25,014 nucleotides of DNA from a virus. Its lineage: Duplodnaviria > Caudoviricetes. Position numbers and translations under genes: made by a program. Of this stretch, positions 14,053-23,663 are shown piece by piece. The notes below the pieces were generated by a model. It was given only the letters and a program-made list of their open reading frames with translations, did no database searches and was not told where the DNA came from. The stretch lies in IMG/VR virus record IMGVR_UViG_3300038554_000001, positions 1 to 25,014 of that record. One strand, 5' to 3'. How positions within the stretch are numbered: the first letter of the stretch is position 1; each line of letters opens with the position of its first letter.

Positions 14053-16427
14053 CGCTGGTTAGCGGGACCATCCCGAACCTCGTCAACGGGGTCAGCCAAC
14101 AGCCCCCGGCTATCCGCCTCGCGTCCCAGTGCGACCTCCAGGTGAACGCCCTCTCTTCGGTCGCGTCTGGGGTCAGTAAGCGCCCCCCAGCGTTTCACCG
14201 GGGGCGACTGCGAAACGAGCCGATGGATGGGGCCTTCGTCCACTTCATCAACCGAGACGCGGCGGAACGGTACGTCGTCCTGATTCGTAGCGGAGCCCTG
14301 AAGGTATACCGCCTATCGGACGGCTCCGAGGTGCCGGTGTCGTTCCCCCACGGGACCACCTACCTGACCACCGACTTCCCCGTGAACGCCTTCCGGGCGG
14401 TGTCTGTGGTCGATTACACCTTCATTCTTAACCGTGAGCGGTTCACCGGAAGGGACACCGCCACCGTCCCCGCGAGGCCGTTTGAAGCCCTAATCTGGGT
14501 GAAGCAGGGGGCCTACGCGAGCAAGTACAAGATCACCGTCGATGGCCTTTCGTCCGAATACGAGACCCTCAACGCGGCCCAGCCGTCCAACGCGGCGTTC
14601 CTCCAAACGGAACTTATCGCGGCCAACCTGAGGGCTCCCACGCAAGACGCCTTGGCGGCCCGTGGCGTCTACTGCCAACAGTACGGCTCCATCCTCCACT
14701 ACGTCTGTGACAGGGACTTCTCCGTCACCTTCTCGGACTCCCTAGGTGACGCCGGGATCAAGCTCGTTAAGGACGCCGTCCAGGGCTTCTCGGACCTCCC
14801 CTCCAGGGCGGTGGATGGCTTCACAGTTCGCGTGAAGGGATCGAACGAGATTGCCTACGATGACTATTACGTCCGCTACCGGGCCACCAACGGGAATCCG
14901 CTAGGGGGTGTCTGGGAGGAATGCGCCAAGCCGAGTGAGCCCTTCCGTCTGGACGGGACGAAGATGCCCCACGTCCTCATCCGCAAAGAGGACGGCACGT
15001 TCAGCTTCGAGAAAGCACCTTGGATTGACCGGCAAGCGGGGTCTATCGATACCATCCCGTTCCCGACGCTTGTTGGTGCCCGCGTTCAGGACATCTTCTT
15101 CCACCGTAACAGGCTCGGGATGCTCTCAGGGGAGAACCTCCTCCTGAGCCGGGCAGGGGACTTCTTCAACGTCTTCCGAACGACTGCAATCCAAGTCCTG
15201 GACACGGACCCCATTGACGTGGCCGTGGCGACGGGTGGCGGCTCGATGGACCTTCAGCACGCCGTGGCATTCAACGAAGGACTGACGCTGTTCTCAGAAC
15301 AGGCGCAGTTCCAGTTCGGGAAGGCCGACCTCCTGACACCCAAGACGGCCTCGATCACCCTGACGACACAGTTCGGGTGCTCCCAGAAGGCCAAGCCGGT
15401 GGGGTCCGGGAGAAACGTCTACTTCTGCCTGACGAGAGGGTCATACTCCGCAGTGCGTGAGTATTACGTCGATGTGGACACCCGCACCAACGACGCGGCC
15501 GACATCACGGCCCACGTCCCGCGTTACGTGCCCAGCGATGTTACGAAGCTGGCCGCTGGGCCGAATGAAGACATCCTTGTGGCACTGGCGCCTTCAACCC
15601 CGAACTCCCTCTACGTCTACAGGTACTACTGGCAGGGCACGACGAAGCTTCAGTCCTCGTGGTCCAGGTGGGACTTCGGTCCAGGTGACCGGGTCCTTAC
15701 GTGCGAGTTCATCGATAGCAGCCTGTGGCTAGTGATTGCGCGGGATGACGGGACGTTCCTCGAAGAGGTCGTCATCGCTCCGGGTATGGCCGACTTCGGT
15801 CAGCCGTTCCTGTTCCGTCTGGACCGGCGCGTCCAGCCGGTCATGACCCACGTGGAGGGTGACGAGCCGACCACCCAGTTCTGGGTCCCCTACAAGCTAA
15901 CCACTGGGGGCACCTACGAGTGCGTGACGCTGAACCCTTCGGGAGACGGCACCAAGACTGGCGCCATCATCCCCTTCCAGGTCATCGCTGAGGAATCCGA
16001 GCGGACCCTCGTGTCCGTGTCCGGGACCCTGCTAGGGGCCGTGTTCGGCCGGCGCTACGAGATGCGCTACAGGTTCTCAACCCTCTTCCTTCGCGAAGAG
16101 GCGCCGGGGGGAGGGCAACAGCCTGTCACCGAAGGTCGCCTACAGGTCCGCAAGATGACCTTGTCACACGCGGAGACCGGCTACTACCGGGTGGAGGTCA
16201 CGCCCCGTGCCCGTTCGACCTACACGTATGTGTTCGCGGGTAGGACCCTTGGGTTCGACGGGAACCGCCTTGGGCTCCTCTCAAACGAGACGGGTAACTT
16301 CGGCTTCTCGGTAGCCTCTCAGAACGAGGGGGTGACCATCGACGTGGTCAACGACAGCTTCCACGCCTCGACATTCCTGAGCGCCGCGTGGGAAGCGTTC
16401 TACACGTCCCGGTCCCGCCGCGTCTAA
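14049..16427 (+). CDS. tail tubular protein B (T7 gp12-like)
   Basis: IPNLVNGVSQQP, KRPP, MPHVL, FFHRNRLG, DPID, DITAHVP and QSSWSRW motifs. 792 aa. Confidence 0.96.
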   Translation: MTLVSGTIPNLVNGVSQQPPAIRLASQCDLQVNALSSVASGVSKRPPAFHRGRLRNEPMDGAFVHFINRDAAERYVVLIRSGALKVYRLSDGSEVPVSFPHGTTYLTTDFPVNAFRAVSVVDYTFILNRERFTGRDTATVPARPFEALIWVKQGAYASKYKITVDGLSSEYETLNAAQPSNAAFLQTELIAANLRAPTQDALAARGVYCQQYGSILHYVCDRDFSVTFSDSLGDAGIKLVKDAVQGFSDLPSRAVDGFTVRVKGSNEIAYDDYYVRYRATNGNPLGGVWEECAKPSEPFRLDGTKMPHVLIRKEDGTFSFEKAPWIDRQAGSIDTIPFPTLVGARVQDIFFHRNRLGMLSGENLLLSRAGDFFNVFRTTAIQVLDTDPIDVAVATGGGSMDLQHAVAFNEGLTLFSEQAQFQFGKADLLTPKTASITLTTQFGCSQKAKPVGSGRNVYFCLTRGSYSAVREYYVDVDTRTNDAADITAHVPRYVPSDVTKLAAGPNEDILVALAPSTPNSLYVYRYYWQGTTKLQSSWSRWDFGPGDRVLTCEFIDSSLWLVIARDDGTFLEEVVIAPGMADFGQPFLFRLDRRVQPVMTHVEGDEPTTQFWVPYKLTTGGTYECVTLNPSGDGTKTGAIIPFQVIAEESERTLVSVSGTLLGAVFGRRYEMRYRFSTLFLREEAPGGGQQPVTEGRLQVRKMTLSHAETGYYRVEVTPRARSTYTYVFAGRTLGFDGNRLGLLSNETGNFGFSVASQNEGVTIDVVNDSFHASTFLSAAWEAFYTSRSRRV

Positions 16428-16429
16428 AC

Positions 16430-16446
16430 CTACCCACACGTGGGAC
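16430..16446 (+). promoter_or_regulatory. dispersed motif copy 6 (CTACCCACACGTGGGAC)
   Basis: Fills the gp12-gp13 gap (the position of T7 phi13) and overlaps the GGGA RBS. Confidence 0.65.
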
Positions 16447-16450
16447 AATC

Positions 16451-16948
16451 ATGCTTACACTCAGACCCGCCACCGAGGCGGATTGCCTGTACCTCGCGGA
16501 TCACCTCCGCGGGGCTGACAGGGATGAGGTGGAGGCTGGCGGCTCGACCCCCCTAGCGGCCCTCCTAGCCGGTCTACACGGCTCCCTGGAGGTCGTCGCT
16601 GGGGTGGATGAGCGGGACGTTCCGGTGATCCTCTCGGGCTTGTGCGCCATCCCTGGACATCCCCTTGTGGGTTCCGTCTGGGCTCTAGGTAGCGATGCCG
16701 TGAGGGACCACCGCGTGTCGTTCCTTCGACACTCCCGCGCCCTTTGCCAGCGGTTCCACCAACGCTTCCCCGTCCTGATGAACCTCGTGGATTCGAGGAA
16801 CACCGTTCACATCGAGTGGCTCCGGTGGATGGGCTTCACCTTCATTCGCCGCTGGCCCGAGATGGGACCCCAGCGGCTCCCCTTCATCGAGTTCGTGCGG
16901 CTGCAAGACATGCGCCCACTGACCAACCCAGGAGACGCCGTTGTGTGA
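16451..16948 (+). CDS. T7 gp13-like internal virion protein A (GNAT-like fold)
   Basis: LR.ADR.E and L.N.VD.RN.VHI.WL.W.GF.F motifs, in the gp13 position. ATG 16451. Confidence 0.85.
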   Translation: MLTLRPATEADCLYLADHLRGADRDEVEAGGSTPLAALLAGLHGSLEVVAGVDERDVPVILSGLCAIPGHPLVGSVWALGSDAVRDHRVSFLRHSRALCQRFHQRFPVLMNLVDSRNTVHIEWLRWMGFTFIRRWPEMGPQRLPFIEFVRLQDMRPLTNPGDAVV

Positions 16949-17483
16949 GCCTATCTCGATGGCTCTCGCGAGCTTCGCCCTCACCGCGGGGTCGGCCGTA
17001 ACCAGCTACATGGGAGCGTCCGAGACCGCCCAGACAACCAACCTCGCTAACCGTATCACCCGACAGAACGCCATCGCGGACTTCGGGCGACAGGAAGCGG
17101 CCCTGGGGAAGCGCCAAGCCCAAGAGGCGGACGCGGCCTCAGCGAAGAAGTTTGACGTGTCCCTAGACGCTCAGAAGGCCCGCGCCACGAACGCCGTCGC
17201 GGCTGGAGAGAGCGGCATTGCCGGTCCCACCGTGGATAGCCTCATGCGGGACATCTACGCCCAGGAGGGTCGCTACAACACCCGCGTGGACACGAACCTG
17301 GATTGGACCAACGACCAAATCCAGGAGCAGAAGAAGGGCGCGTCCTACGCCATGAAGGACCGCATCAACTCCCTCAGGGACGTTCAGCGGCCGTCCTTCC
17401 TTGAGACCGGCCTCCGCATCGGCGCGGCTGGAGTGGACGCCTACAGCGGCTTCCGAACCAATTCCAGACGGTGGAGCGAGTAA
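16941..17483 (+). CDS. internal virion protein B (T7 gp14-like)
   Basis: TTG start after GGAG. MCEP N-terminus with a hydrophobic helix, and an AAGESGIAG..VD motif. Confidence 0.85.
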   Translation: MCEPISMALASFALTAGSAVTSYMGASETAQTTNLANRITRQNAIADFGRQEAALGKRQAQEADAASAKKFDVSLDAQKARATNAVAAGESGIAGPTVDSLMRDIYAQEGRYNTRVDTNLDWTNDQIQEQKKGASYAMKDRINSLRDVQRPSFLETGLRIGAAGVDAYSGFRTNSRRWSE

Positions 17484-19735
17484 TGGCGCTGACCCCAGGG
17501 CTTCGGCCCTTCCAAGAGGATGCCCCTGACGTAGGCCGTAGGCGACAGACCACGGACCTCCAGGAGACCCGCATCCGCCAGCCTGACCTCAGGCCCGCCG
17601 CGGCGCCCGTCAACACCTTCAACCGGGCGATGACGGCACCCCAGGACGACAACGCTCAGCGCCTTGCCGCGGCCCTTTCGGGCATCAACCCGAGTCTCCA
17701 GCGGTTCGCTACGGTCCTCGCGGAGGACGGTAAGGATGAGGTCTCCAGCTCCGTCCAGGCGAAAATCCTGAAGGTGGGTGGGGACCCGAAGAAGGTTGAG
17801 GAGCTGATGGCCTCGGACCCGGAGATGCAATCCGGGCTCGGCAAGGCCGCTGCCTCCCGCCGTCTCGGCCAGCTCCTCGCGGCCCAGGCGATCAACGAAG
17901 CGAAGACCCGCTACCAGAACGACTTCGACCGCGTGAACGGGGACCTGGGCGCCCTCACATCCGAGACGATGAAGCCCTACCTGGAGAAGTTCGGGAACGA
18001 CCCGGTCTTTCGTAAGCAGTTCGTGGACGACGTGACGCCCGGTGTGGCCGCGCTCCGCAACACGGACGCCCAGACCAAGGCCCAGGACGCCTACACGCGG
18101 ACCCAGGACGACCAATCCAAAATCTTCCTCGGGATCGTCTCGAAGGCCCAGGACGCTGGCAAGGACCCCAAGGCCACCGCCGCGGATGTCGTCCGGGAGT
18201 TCTACGGCAACGAGAAAATCCTCCGCATGCCCTACGCGGACCAGCAAAAGGCCCTTGTGCCGGTGGTCCGGGCGCTGGCCGAACAGGGCAAGTACGATGT
18301 GGTCCAGGCCCTCGCGGAGACGGAGCACAACGGGGAGAAGCTCCTCGACAACGCCACGGTTGGTCCCAGCGTGGCCCAGGCGGTCACCTACGCGCGCTCC
18401 CAGCGGGACAAGCTGGTCAAGGACTCCACGGTCAAGGACCGGCAGGACGACTACGCCAAGTTCCAGAACGGCGAGGCGTCCCCCGAGGACGAACAGCGCA
18501 TCCTTGCCCTGGCCCGTGAGAAGAACGGCGCCATTGACGAGGGCACCGCCAACGCTTGGGTCCAGACGAACCGGAACGTCCGTGAGCGTCAACAGGAGGC
18601 GGCCCGTAAGGAGGCCGCGAGGGTCCAGCTCATGGACCGCCTGAACACCCAGGAGGCCCAGCTCACGAGCATGGGCGTGGAGGCCGTGAGGGGCGGGAAG
18701 GTTTTCTCGCTCCCCCAGGTGACCGTCCTGAACAAGCAAGGCGCAGAGGAGACCCTCGGGGGCGACAAGTTCCGCGAGCGGGCCTTCAGCGACTTCGAGG
18801 AGTGGTCCACCCAGTACGCCCAGCAAAAGGGCGAGACGTGGGACCAGACGGTGCTCCGTGAGGCGCCCATCTACGCCCAGAACGGCTACGCCCCGAAGAA
18901 GTGGAAGGACACCCTCTCCCAGGGTGGAGCCTCCATCGCGGCGTCAGCCATGTCCGGTGAGGCGCCCCCTGAGGCCGCCCAGCGTGCCTATGCGATGTAT
19001 AAGCTCCTCCACGCCAACAACGCGCGGCTCCTGAACGACCTCGTGCCCAAGGACCAGCGGGACTTCTTCGAGTCCTGGAGGGTAGGCGAGGAGGACGCGG
19101 GGCTGGCCCCTGGCAAGGCCCTCTTGCTCGCCGCTGAGGCCAACGCGGACCCCGCCAACCGCCTCAAGCGGCTCTCTTCAGTCTCCTCACGGACGATCAA
19201 GGACAAGGTGGGGCAGCTCACCTCGACCTGGGGTCAGATGTTCCGAGGCGAGGTCGCACCCGACAACATCGGGGACATGGCGGCCACCGTACAGCGCCTA
19301 GCGGAGAACTACTCGGTTCTCGGCCTGGGAGCTGACAAGGCCGTAGAGCGCGCCGTTGAGCGAGTCCGCGCCACTCACGTGAGCGTCAACGGCTTCTGGA
19401 TAGACGCATCCGACCGGCGAATCCCGCCCGGTTTCCCGGACCTCGCTCAAGACGTGCTCGCTCAGTACGCCGAGAAGCATGGCAAAGCCGAAGGGCTCGA
19501 AGCCTCGGACCTCACAGTGCGGAGCTTCGGCGGCGGCTCGGACGCTTGGCGCATCGTGCGCAAGTCGGACGGCATCCCCGTGGACGACCCCCGCGACGGC
19601 ATCTTCCGCACGAACGACCTCCTCCAGGCTCAGGCAGCTCGCAAGGACGCCGCGGACGCGAAGACCCTCGACAGCATGCGGCGCAAAGCCAACCCGGCTC
19701 CCCTCTCACTGGAGATGGAGGTCCCGGTCCCCTAA
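17483..19735 (+). CDS. internal virion protein C (T7 gp15-like)
   Basis: TAATG coupling at 17481-17485. About 750 aa, helical and Ala/Gln/Lys/Asp-rich, between the gp14-like and gp16-like genes. Confidence 0.8.
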   Translation: MALTPGLRPFQEDAPDVGRRRQTTDLQETRIRQPDLRPAAAPVNTFNRAMTAPQDDNAQRLAAALSGINPSLQRFATVLAEDGKDEVSSSVQAKILKVGGDPKKVEELMASDPEMQSGLGKAAASRRLGQLLAAQAINEAKTRYQNDFDRVNGDLGALTSETMKPYLEKFGNDPVFRKQFVDDVTPGVAALRNTDAQTKAQDAYTRTQDDQSKIFLGIVSKAQDAGKDPKATAADVVREFYGNEKILRMPYADQQKALVPVVRALAEQGKYDVVQALAETEHNGEKLLDNATVGPSVAQAVTYARSQRDKLVKDSTVKDRQDDYAKFQNGEASPEDEQRILALAREKNGAIDEGTANAWVQTNRNVRERQQEAARKEAARVQLMDRLNTQEAQLTSMGVEAVRGGKVFSLPQVTVLNKQGAEETLGGDKFRERAFSDFEEWSTQYAQQKGETWDQTVLREAPIYAQNGYAPKKWKDTLSQGGASIAASAMSGEAPPEAAQRAYAMYKLLHANNARLLNDLVPKDQRDFFESWRVGEEDAGLAPGKALLLAAEANADPANRLKRLSSVSSRTIKDKVGQLTSTWGQMFRGEVAPDNIGDMAATVQRLAENYSVLGLGADKAVERAVERVRATHVSVNGFWIDASDRRIPPGFPDLAQDVLAQYAEKHGKAEGLEASDLTVRSFGGGSDAWRIVRKSDGIPVDDPRDGIFRTNDLLQAQAARKDAADAKTLDSMRRKANPAPLSLEMEVPVP

Positions 19736-19752
19736 ACACATGAGAGGTAGAT

Positions 19753-22700
19753 ATGGCCGACCGGCGAACGGAAGCCGTCGAGTATTTTAAGAGCCAAGGC
19801 TGGTCCCCCGTCCAAGCTGCGGCAATCGTCGGACACGCTATCGCGGAGAGCAACTTGAACCCCGGCATCTCGGGGGACAGTGGCGCCGCCTTCGGGGTCT
19901 TTCAGCACAACGACCGCAAGCCGGCTCTCCTGCGCTACCTCTCCTCTAAGGGGTACGCTCAGAACGACTTCAAGGGCCAGCTTGAGTTCGCGCAGCACGA
20001 GCTGATGACCTCGGAGAGCTACGCGGCCGAGAAGCTCCGAGCGTCCACCACGATTGAGGACGCCACGGCCGCCTTCATGCACTTCGAGCGCCCCGCGGGG
20101 TACTCCAGGGCAAACCCCCGAGGGGGCCATAACTGGGCCGGGCGGCTCGCCAACGCGAAGTCCCTCTACGATGGGACCGCCTCCTACCCCTCCATCGGGG
20201 GCGGGGCAGTTTCCGCTTCGGCGGTCACGGCCTCGCCCAGCCCCGCGAAGGTGAACTGGAGCGACCCGGTCCAGCCCAAGGCCCCCGTCACGGACGCCGA
20301 GATGAACGCCTACCGAGCCGAACAGGCCGCGAAGGCAAACCCCTACGGCTTCGGTGAGGGGCTCTGGGAGGCCACGAAGGACGCCCAGACGATGACGTGG
20401 CTCCTGAAGGGGAGCACGGAACTCCTCCCGGACCCCAACTGGGTGCCCACGAAGGAAATCCTCACGGCCGCCCAGTCGGGCATCCCGGCGCGCTTCCAGG
20501 AGCAGCTTGGGGCCGCGTCGTCCCAGGCCCACCTTGAACAGCTCCGTGAGCGCATCCTTGCGGACGTGGAGCATGAGAAGCGCCTGGACGACATGGGGTG
20601 GACGGGGACCGGAATCAGGATCGGCGCCGCGTTCACGGACGTGGTGGGTCTAGGGCTCACCGTCCTGGCCCCCGAGGTCGGCCTTCCGGCCAAGGCGGGG
20701 AGGCTCTCACGGTCCCTCGTGAGGGGCGCTGAGGGTGCTGCGATCAACGCGGCCCTGGAGGTCCCCCGTGTCATGAACAAGCCCACGGCCGAAGGCACGG
20801 ATGTCCTCTGGGCGGCCGGCGCTGGGCTTGCCCTCGGGGGCGCGTTCGGTGCCCTCGGGAGGAACGCCGCGGTAGCCGAAGAGGCCACGGACCTGACCCG
20901 CATCGGGAAGGCGATGCAGCGCCACGCGGACGCCGAGGACGCGGCCGGGTCTCAGCTCGTCACCCCCACGCTCGGGGGCTCGATGGTGGACCTCGGAGGC
21001 ACTGGCGGTGCCGCGAGAACGTCAGCCCGAGAGGCCCTGACGGTCAATGCTGAGGACTGGGCACACGCGGCCGTGGACGAAGCCATTGCACGCTCCTGGA
21101 AGCCCGGCTGGCGCTGGGACCTCGCGGGCAAGGGTAAGGGCTCGGACAACGCCGCCACCCGCGCCTTCATGGGAAGCACCGTCACGGACGTGGTGGGCAA
21201 TGCGGACAAGGCGAAGGTCGCCGGCCGCACGGCTGAGGAGTACCAGAAACAGGTGGAGTTCGACTTCGGGATGATGGCCGACAAGGCGCACCTGGAGGGC
21301 TTCGAGAGCTACGCCAAGCGCCTGGAGATACCCCGCGGCCAGCGTGACGAGGCCCGCCAGCGGTTCAACGCTGAGGTCACCGAAGCGATGGACAACCGGG
21401 TCCCTGGGCGGGAGTTCTCCCCCGAGGCTACGGCCACCGCGGCGAAGCTCCGTCAGGGTTACGGCGGGCTCCTGGAGCTGGCGAAGAACCCAGGGCTCCT
21501 CGACGGGACCACGAGGCGGGCCGTGAAGGGCTTCGAGGACATCCCCCTCGATCCCAACTACCGGCCCAACATCGCGAACCACGAGAAGATTGACGCCCTC
21601 ACCACCCGGTACGGTGACGACACGCTCCGTGAGTTCCTCCGTAGCGCCTTCGTAGCGGCCAACCGAACGCTCCCTGATGATGTGGCTGAGGCCATGTCCA
21701 AGGGCTATTTGCGGCGCCTCCGCGAGGCCACAGCGGGGATGACGAGCGTGGACCGGGCGATGCACGGCTCGGACCTGGAGGGCCTTCAGCGGGCTCTCAG
21801 TGACCTCGACCTGGACGATGCGGCGCGAGACGCCGTGATCCGGGCGGTGACCCCGAGCCCCAGCGAAGGCCAGACCCTCGCGCGGGCCAAGCGGCGGACC
21901 CTCTACGAGAACACCTTCGAGATGAAGGTGAAGGCTCGGGATGGCTCCTGGGAGACCCTTCGCATGAAGGACCTCTTCCACGATGACAGCCACTTCCTGT
22001 TCAACAGCTACGCCCGCCAGATGAGCGGTCAGGTCGCCATGTCGATGGTCCAGGTGAGGAACCCACTTCACCACCCCGTCCGCAACCCTGACGCTCCTGA
22101 GTTCCTCATCGACGGCGTCACAAGCCGGGAGGACTTCGACAAGCTGGTACGCGACATGCGCGCCACCTGGGACGCTCGCACGGACCTTCCGCACGACAAG
22201 CGGGTCAAGCTAGCTGACGCCGACCAGAAGCGGATGGAGTTCGTCTACGAGCGCGTGACAGGGGTCCCGGACCAGTTCGACCGGACCACGCTGGGCCGCG
22301 GTCTCCAGATCGTCCGTGACTACAACTTCATCCGGGTCATGAACCAGGTGGGCCTAGCCCAGATTGGCGAAACCCTGGGTGTCGTCACGCGGCTCGGGAT
22401 CAAGGCGGCCTACCAGGGCATCCCCACGTTCCGGGCGATGACCCGCGACGCCATCACCGGAGAGCTGAACTCGGGCTTCGCTCGGGACATCGAACAGCTC
22501 TCGGGCTTCGGTGCGGACTGGTTCCGCGGGGGCTTCAAGGGCCACCTCGAAGACGCGAGTGGGGTCCCCATCAACCGCTCCACCCAGGGCAACCTCTACA
22601 ACACCACCCAGGACGTGCTCCACACCGGCAAGCGCATCACGAGTGTCATCTCGGGCATGGCCCCGATTGACACGATGGCCCGCCGCTGGGCCTCCGCGGC

Positions 22701-23580
22701 TATCGTCATGAAGATCATGAACGCGGCCGTGAAGCCTGACGCCTCAGGCCGGATGCGCGCCCTCAACGTGGACCGTATGCGAGCCCTCGGGCTGGACGAT
22801 GAGATGGCCGAACGCGTCTTCGCCCAAATCCGCCAGCACTCCTACAAGGAGGAGGTGGGCGCCACGGGCCGCAAGTACGTCCAGGGCGGGTTCACCCGCT
22901 GGGACGACCAGGAGGCCCTCTCAGCGTTCCGTGGGGCCGTATGGCGCTGGAGCCGTCAGGTCATCCAGGAGAACCACCTGGGACAGTCTAGCGTCCTTCT
23001 AGGGAGCGCGCTGGGCCGCACGATCTTCCAGTTCCGGTCCTTCATGCTCGGGGCCTACACGAACCAGTTCCTCCGCGGGCTCCACCACATGGACTTCCCC
23101 ACCTTCGCTACGTGGGTGATGACCTCCACGGTGGGCTCGATGGTCTACGTGGCCCAGCAATATCTCAACACGGCTGGCCGCTCGGACCGGGAGAAGGTCC
23201 TGAAGGAGAAGCTCGCGCCCAAGGCCATCGCCGCGGCGTGGGTCCAGCGTGGCGAGTGGTCCTCGATCCTACCAACCGTGATCGATAGCGGCCGGGACCT
23301 TACGGGGTTCCCCCACCTCTTCGACACGCGAACCTCAGGGACCGCCTCATCCTTCTTCGGCTCCCCCACGCTCGACCTCGCCAACAATGCCTTCAAGGGC
23401 ATCGGCGGGATTGCGAGGGGTGCCCGTGAGGGGGGCTGGAGCCAAACGGAGGCACGGACGGCGGCACGTCTACTGCCGTACTCCAATGCCATCGGCATGG
23501 TTCCCCTCCTGAACTCCATGATTAGCACCCTACCAGAACAAAAGCCGCGGAAGTCCAAGGACTCAGGAAGCCTCTTCTAG
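19753..23580 (+). CDS. internal virion protein D (T7 gp16-like) with N-terminal phage tail lysozyme domain
   Basis: 1275 aa, GAGGT RBS. N-terminal GWSPVQAAAIVG....ESNLNP....G.AFGVFQ..FERP, and a C-terminal FQFRSF motif. Confidence 0.9.
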   Translation: MADRRTEAVEYFKSQGWSPVQAAAIVGHAIAESNLNPGISGDSGAAFGVFQHNDRKPALLRYLSSKGYAQNDFKGQLEFAQHELMTSESYAAEKLRASTTIEDATAAFMHFERPAGYSRANPRGGHNWAGRLANAKSLYDGTASYPSIGGGAVSASAVTASPSPAKVNWSDPVQPKAPVTDAEMNAYRAEQAAKANPYGFGEGLWEATKDAQTMTWLLKGSTELLPDPNWVPTKEILTAAQSGIPARFQEQLGAASSQAHLEQLRERILADVEHEKRLDDMGWTGTGIRIGAAFTDVVGLGLTVLAPEVGLPAKAGRLSRSLVRGAEGAAINAALEVPRVMNKPTAEGTDVLWAAGAGLALGGAFGALGRNAAVAEEATDLTRIGKAMQRHADAEDAAGSQLVTPTLGGSMVDLGGTGGAARTSAREALTVNAEDWAHAAVDEAIARSWKPGWRWDLAGKGKGSDNAATRAFMGSTVTDVVGNADKAKVAGRTAEEYQKQVEFDFGMMADKAHLEGFESYAKRLEIPRGQRDEARQRFNAEVTEAMDNRVPGREFSPEATATAAKLRQGYGGLLELAKNPGLLDGTTRRAVKGFEDIPLDPNYRPNIANHEKIDALTTRYGDDTLREFLRSAFVAANRTLPDDVAEAMSKGYLRRLREATAGMTSVDRAMHGSDLEGLQRALSDLDLDDAARDAVIRAVTPSPSEGQTLARAKRRTLYENTFEMKVKARDGSWETLRMKDLFHDDSHFLFNSYARQMSGQVAMSMVQVRNPLHHPVRNPDAPEFLIDGVTSREDFDKLVRDMRATWDARTDLPHDKRVKLADADQKRMEFVYERVTGVPDQFDRTTLGRGLQIVRDYNFIRVMNQVGLAQIGETLGVVTRLGIKAAYQGIPTFRAMTRDAITGELNSGFARDIEQLSGFGADWFRGGFKGHLEDASGVPINRSTQGNLYNTTQDVLHTGKRITSVISGMAPIDTMARRWASAAIVMKIMNAAVKPDASGRMRALNVDRMRALGLDDEMAERVFAQIRQHSYKEEVGATGRKYVQGGFTRWDDQEALSAFRGAVWRWSRQVIQENHLGQSSVLLGSALGRTIFQFRSFMLGAYTNQFLRGLHHMDFPTFATWVMTSTVGSMVYVAQQYLNTAGRSDREKVLKEKLAPKAIAAAWVQRGEWSSILPTVIDSGRDLTGFPHLFDTRTSGTASSFFGSPTLDLANNAFKGIGGIARGAREGGWSQTEARTAARLLPYSNAIGMVPLLNSMISTLPEQKPRKSKDSGSLF

Positions 23581-23610
23581 GCCCAGTCACGGACCACCGC
23601 ACGACCCCTT

Positions 23611-23646
23611 AAAGGCCCTCGGAGCTGACCGCTTCGGGGGCTTTTT
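23611..23646 (+). terminator. intrinsic terminator between the gp16-like and tail fibre genes
   Basis: AAAGGCCCTCGGAGC-TGACC-GCTTCGGGGGCTTTTT stem-loop followed by a T-rich tail. Confidence 0.75.
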
Positions 23647-23663
23647 CTGTTTCAGGACAGCTA

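Noticed and set aside
17441-18826. Long - strand ORFs (this one, and also 655-1650, 11182-12240, 21022-22194 and others)
   Set aside because: They are antisense shadows of GC3-biased + strand genes, with no motifs or RBS, and lie on top of clearly identified phage genes.
19731-19748. Possible further motif copy CCTAAACACATGAGAGGT before the gp16-like gene (weak look-alikes also near 2383-2398, 9361-9381 and 16659-16674)
   Set aside because: They need gaps or several mismatches in the conserved arms, so they are not counted without a matrix score.
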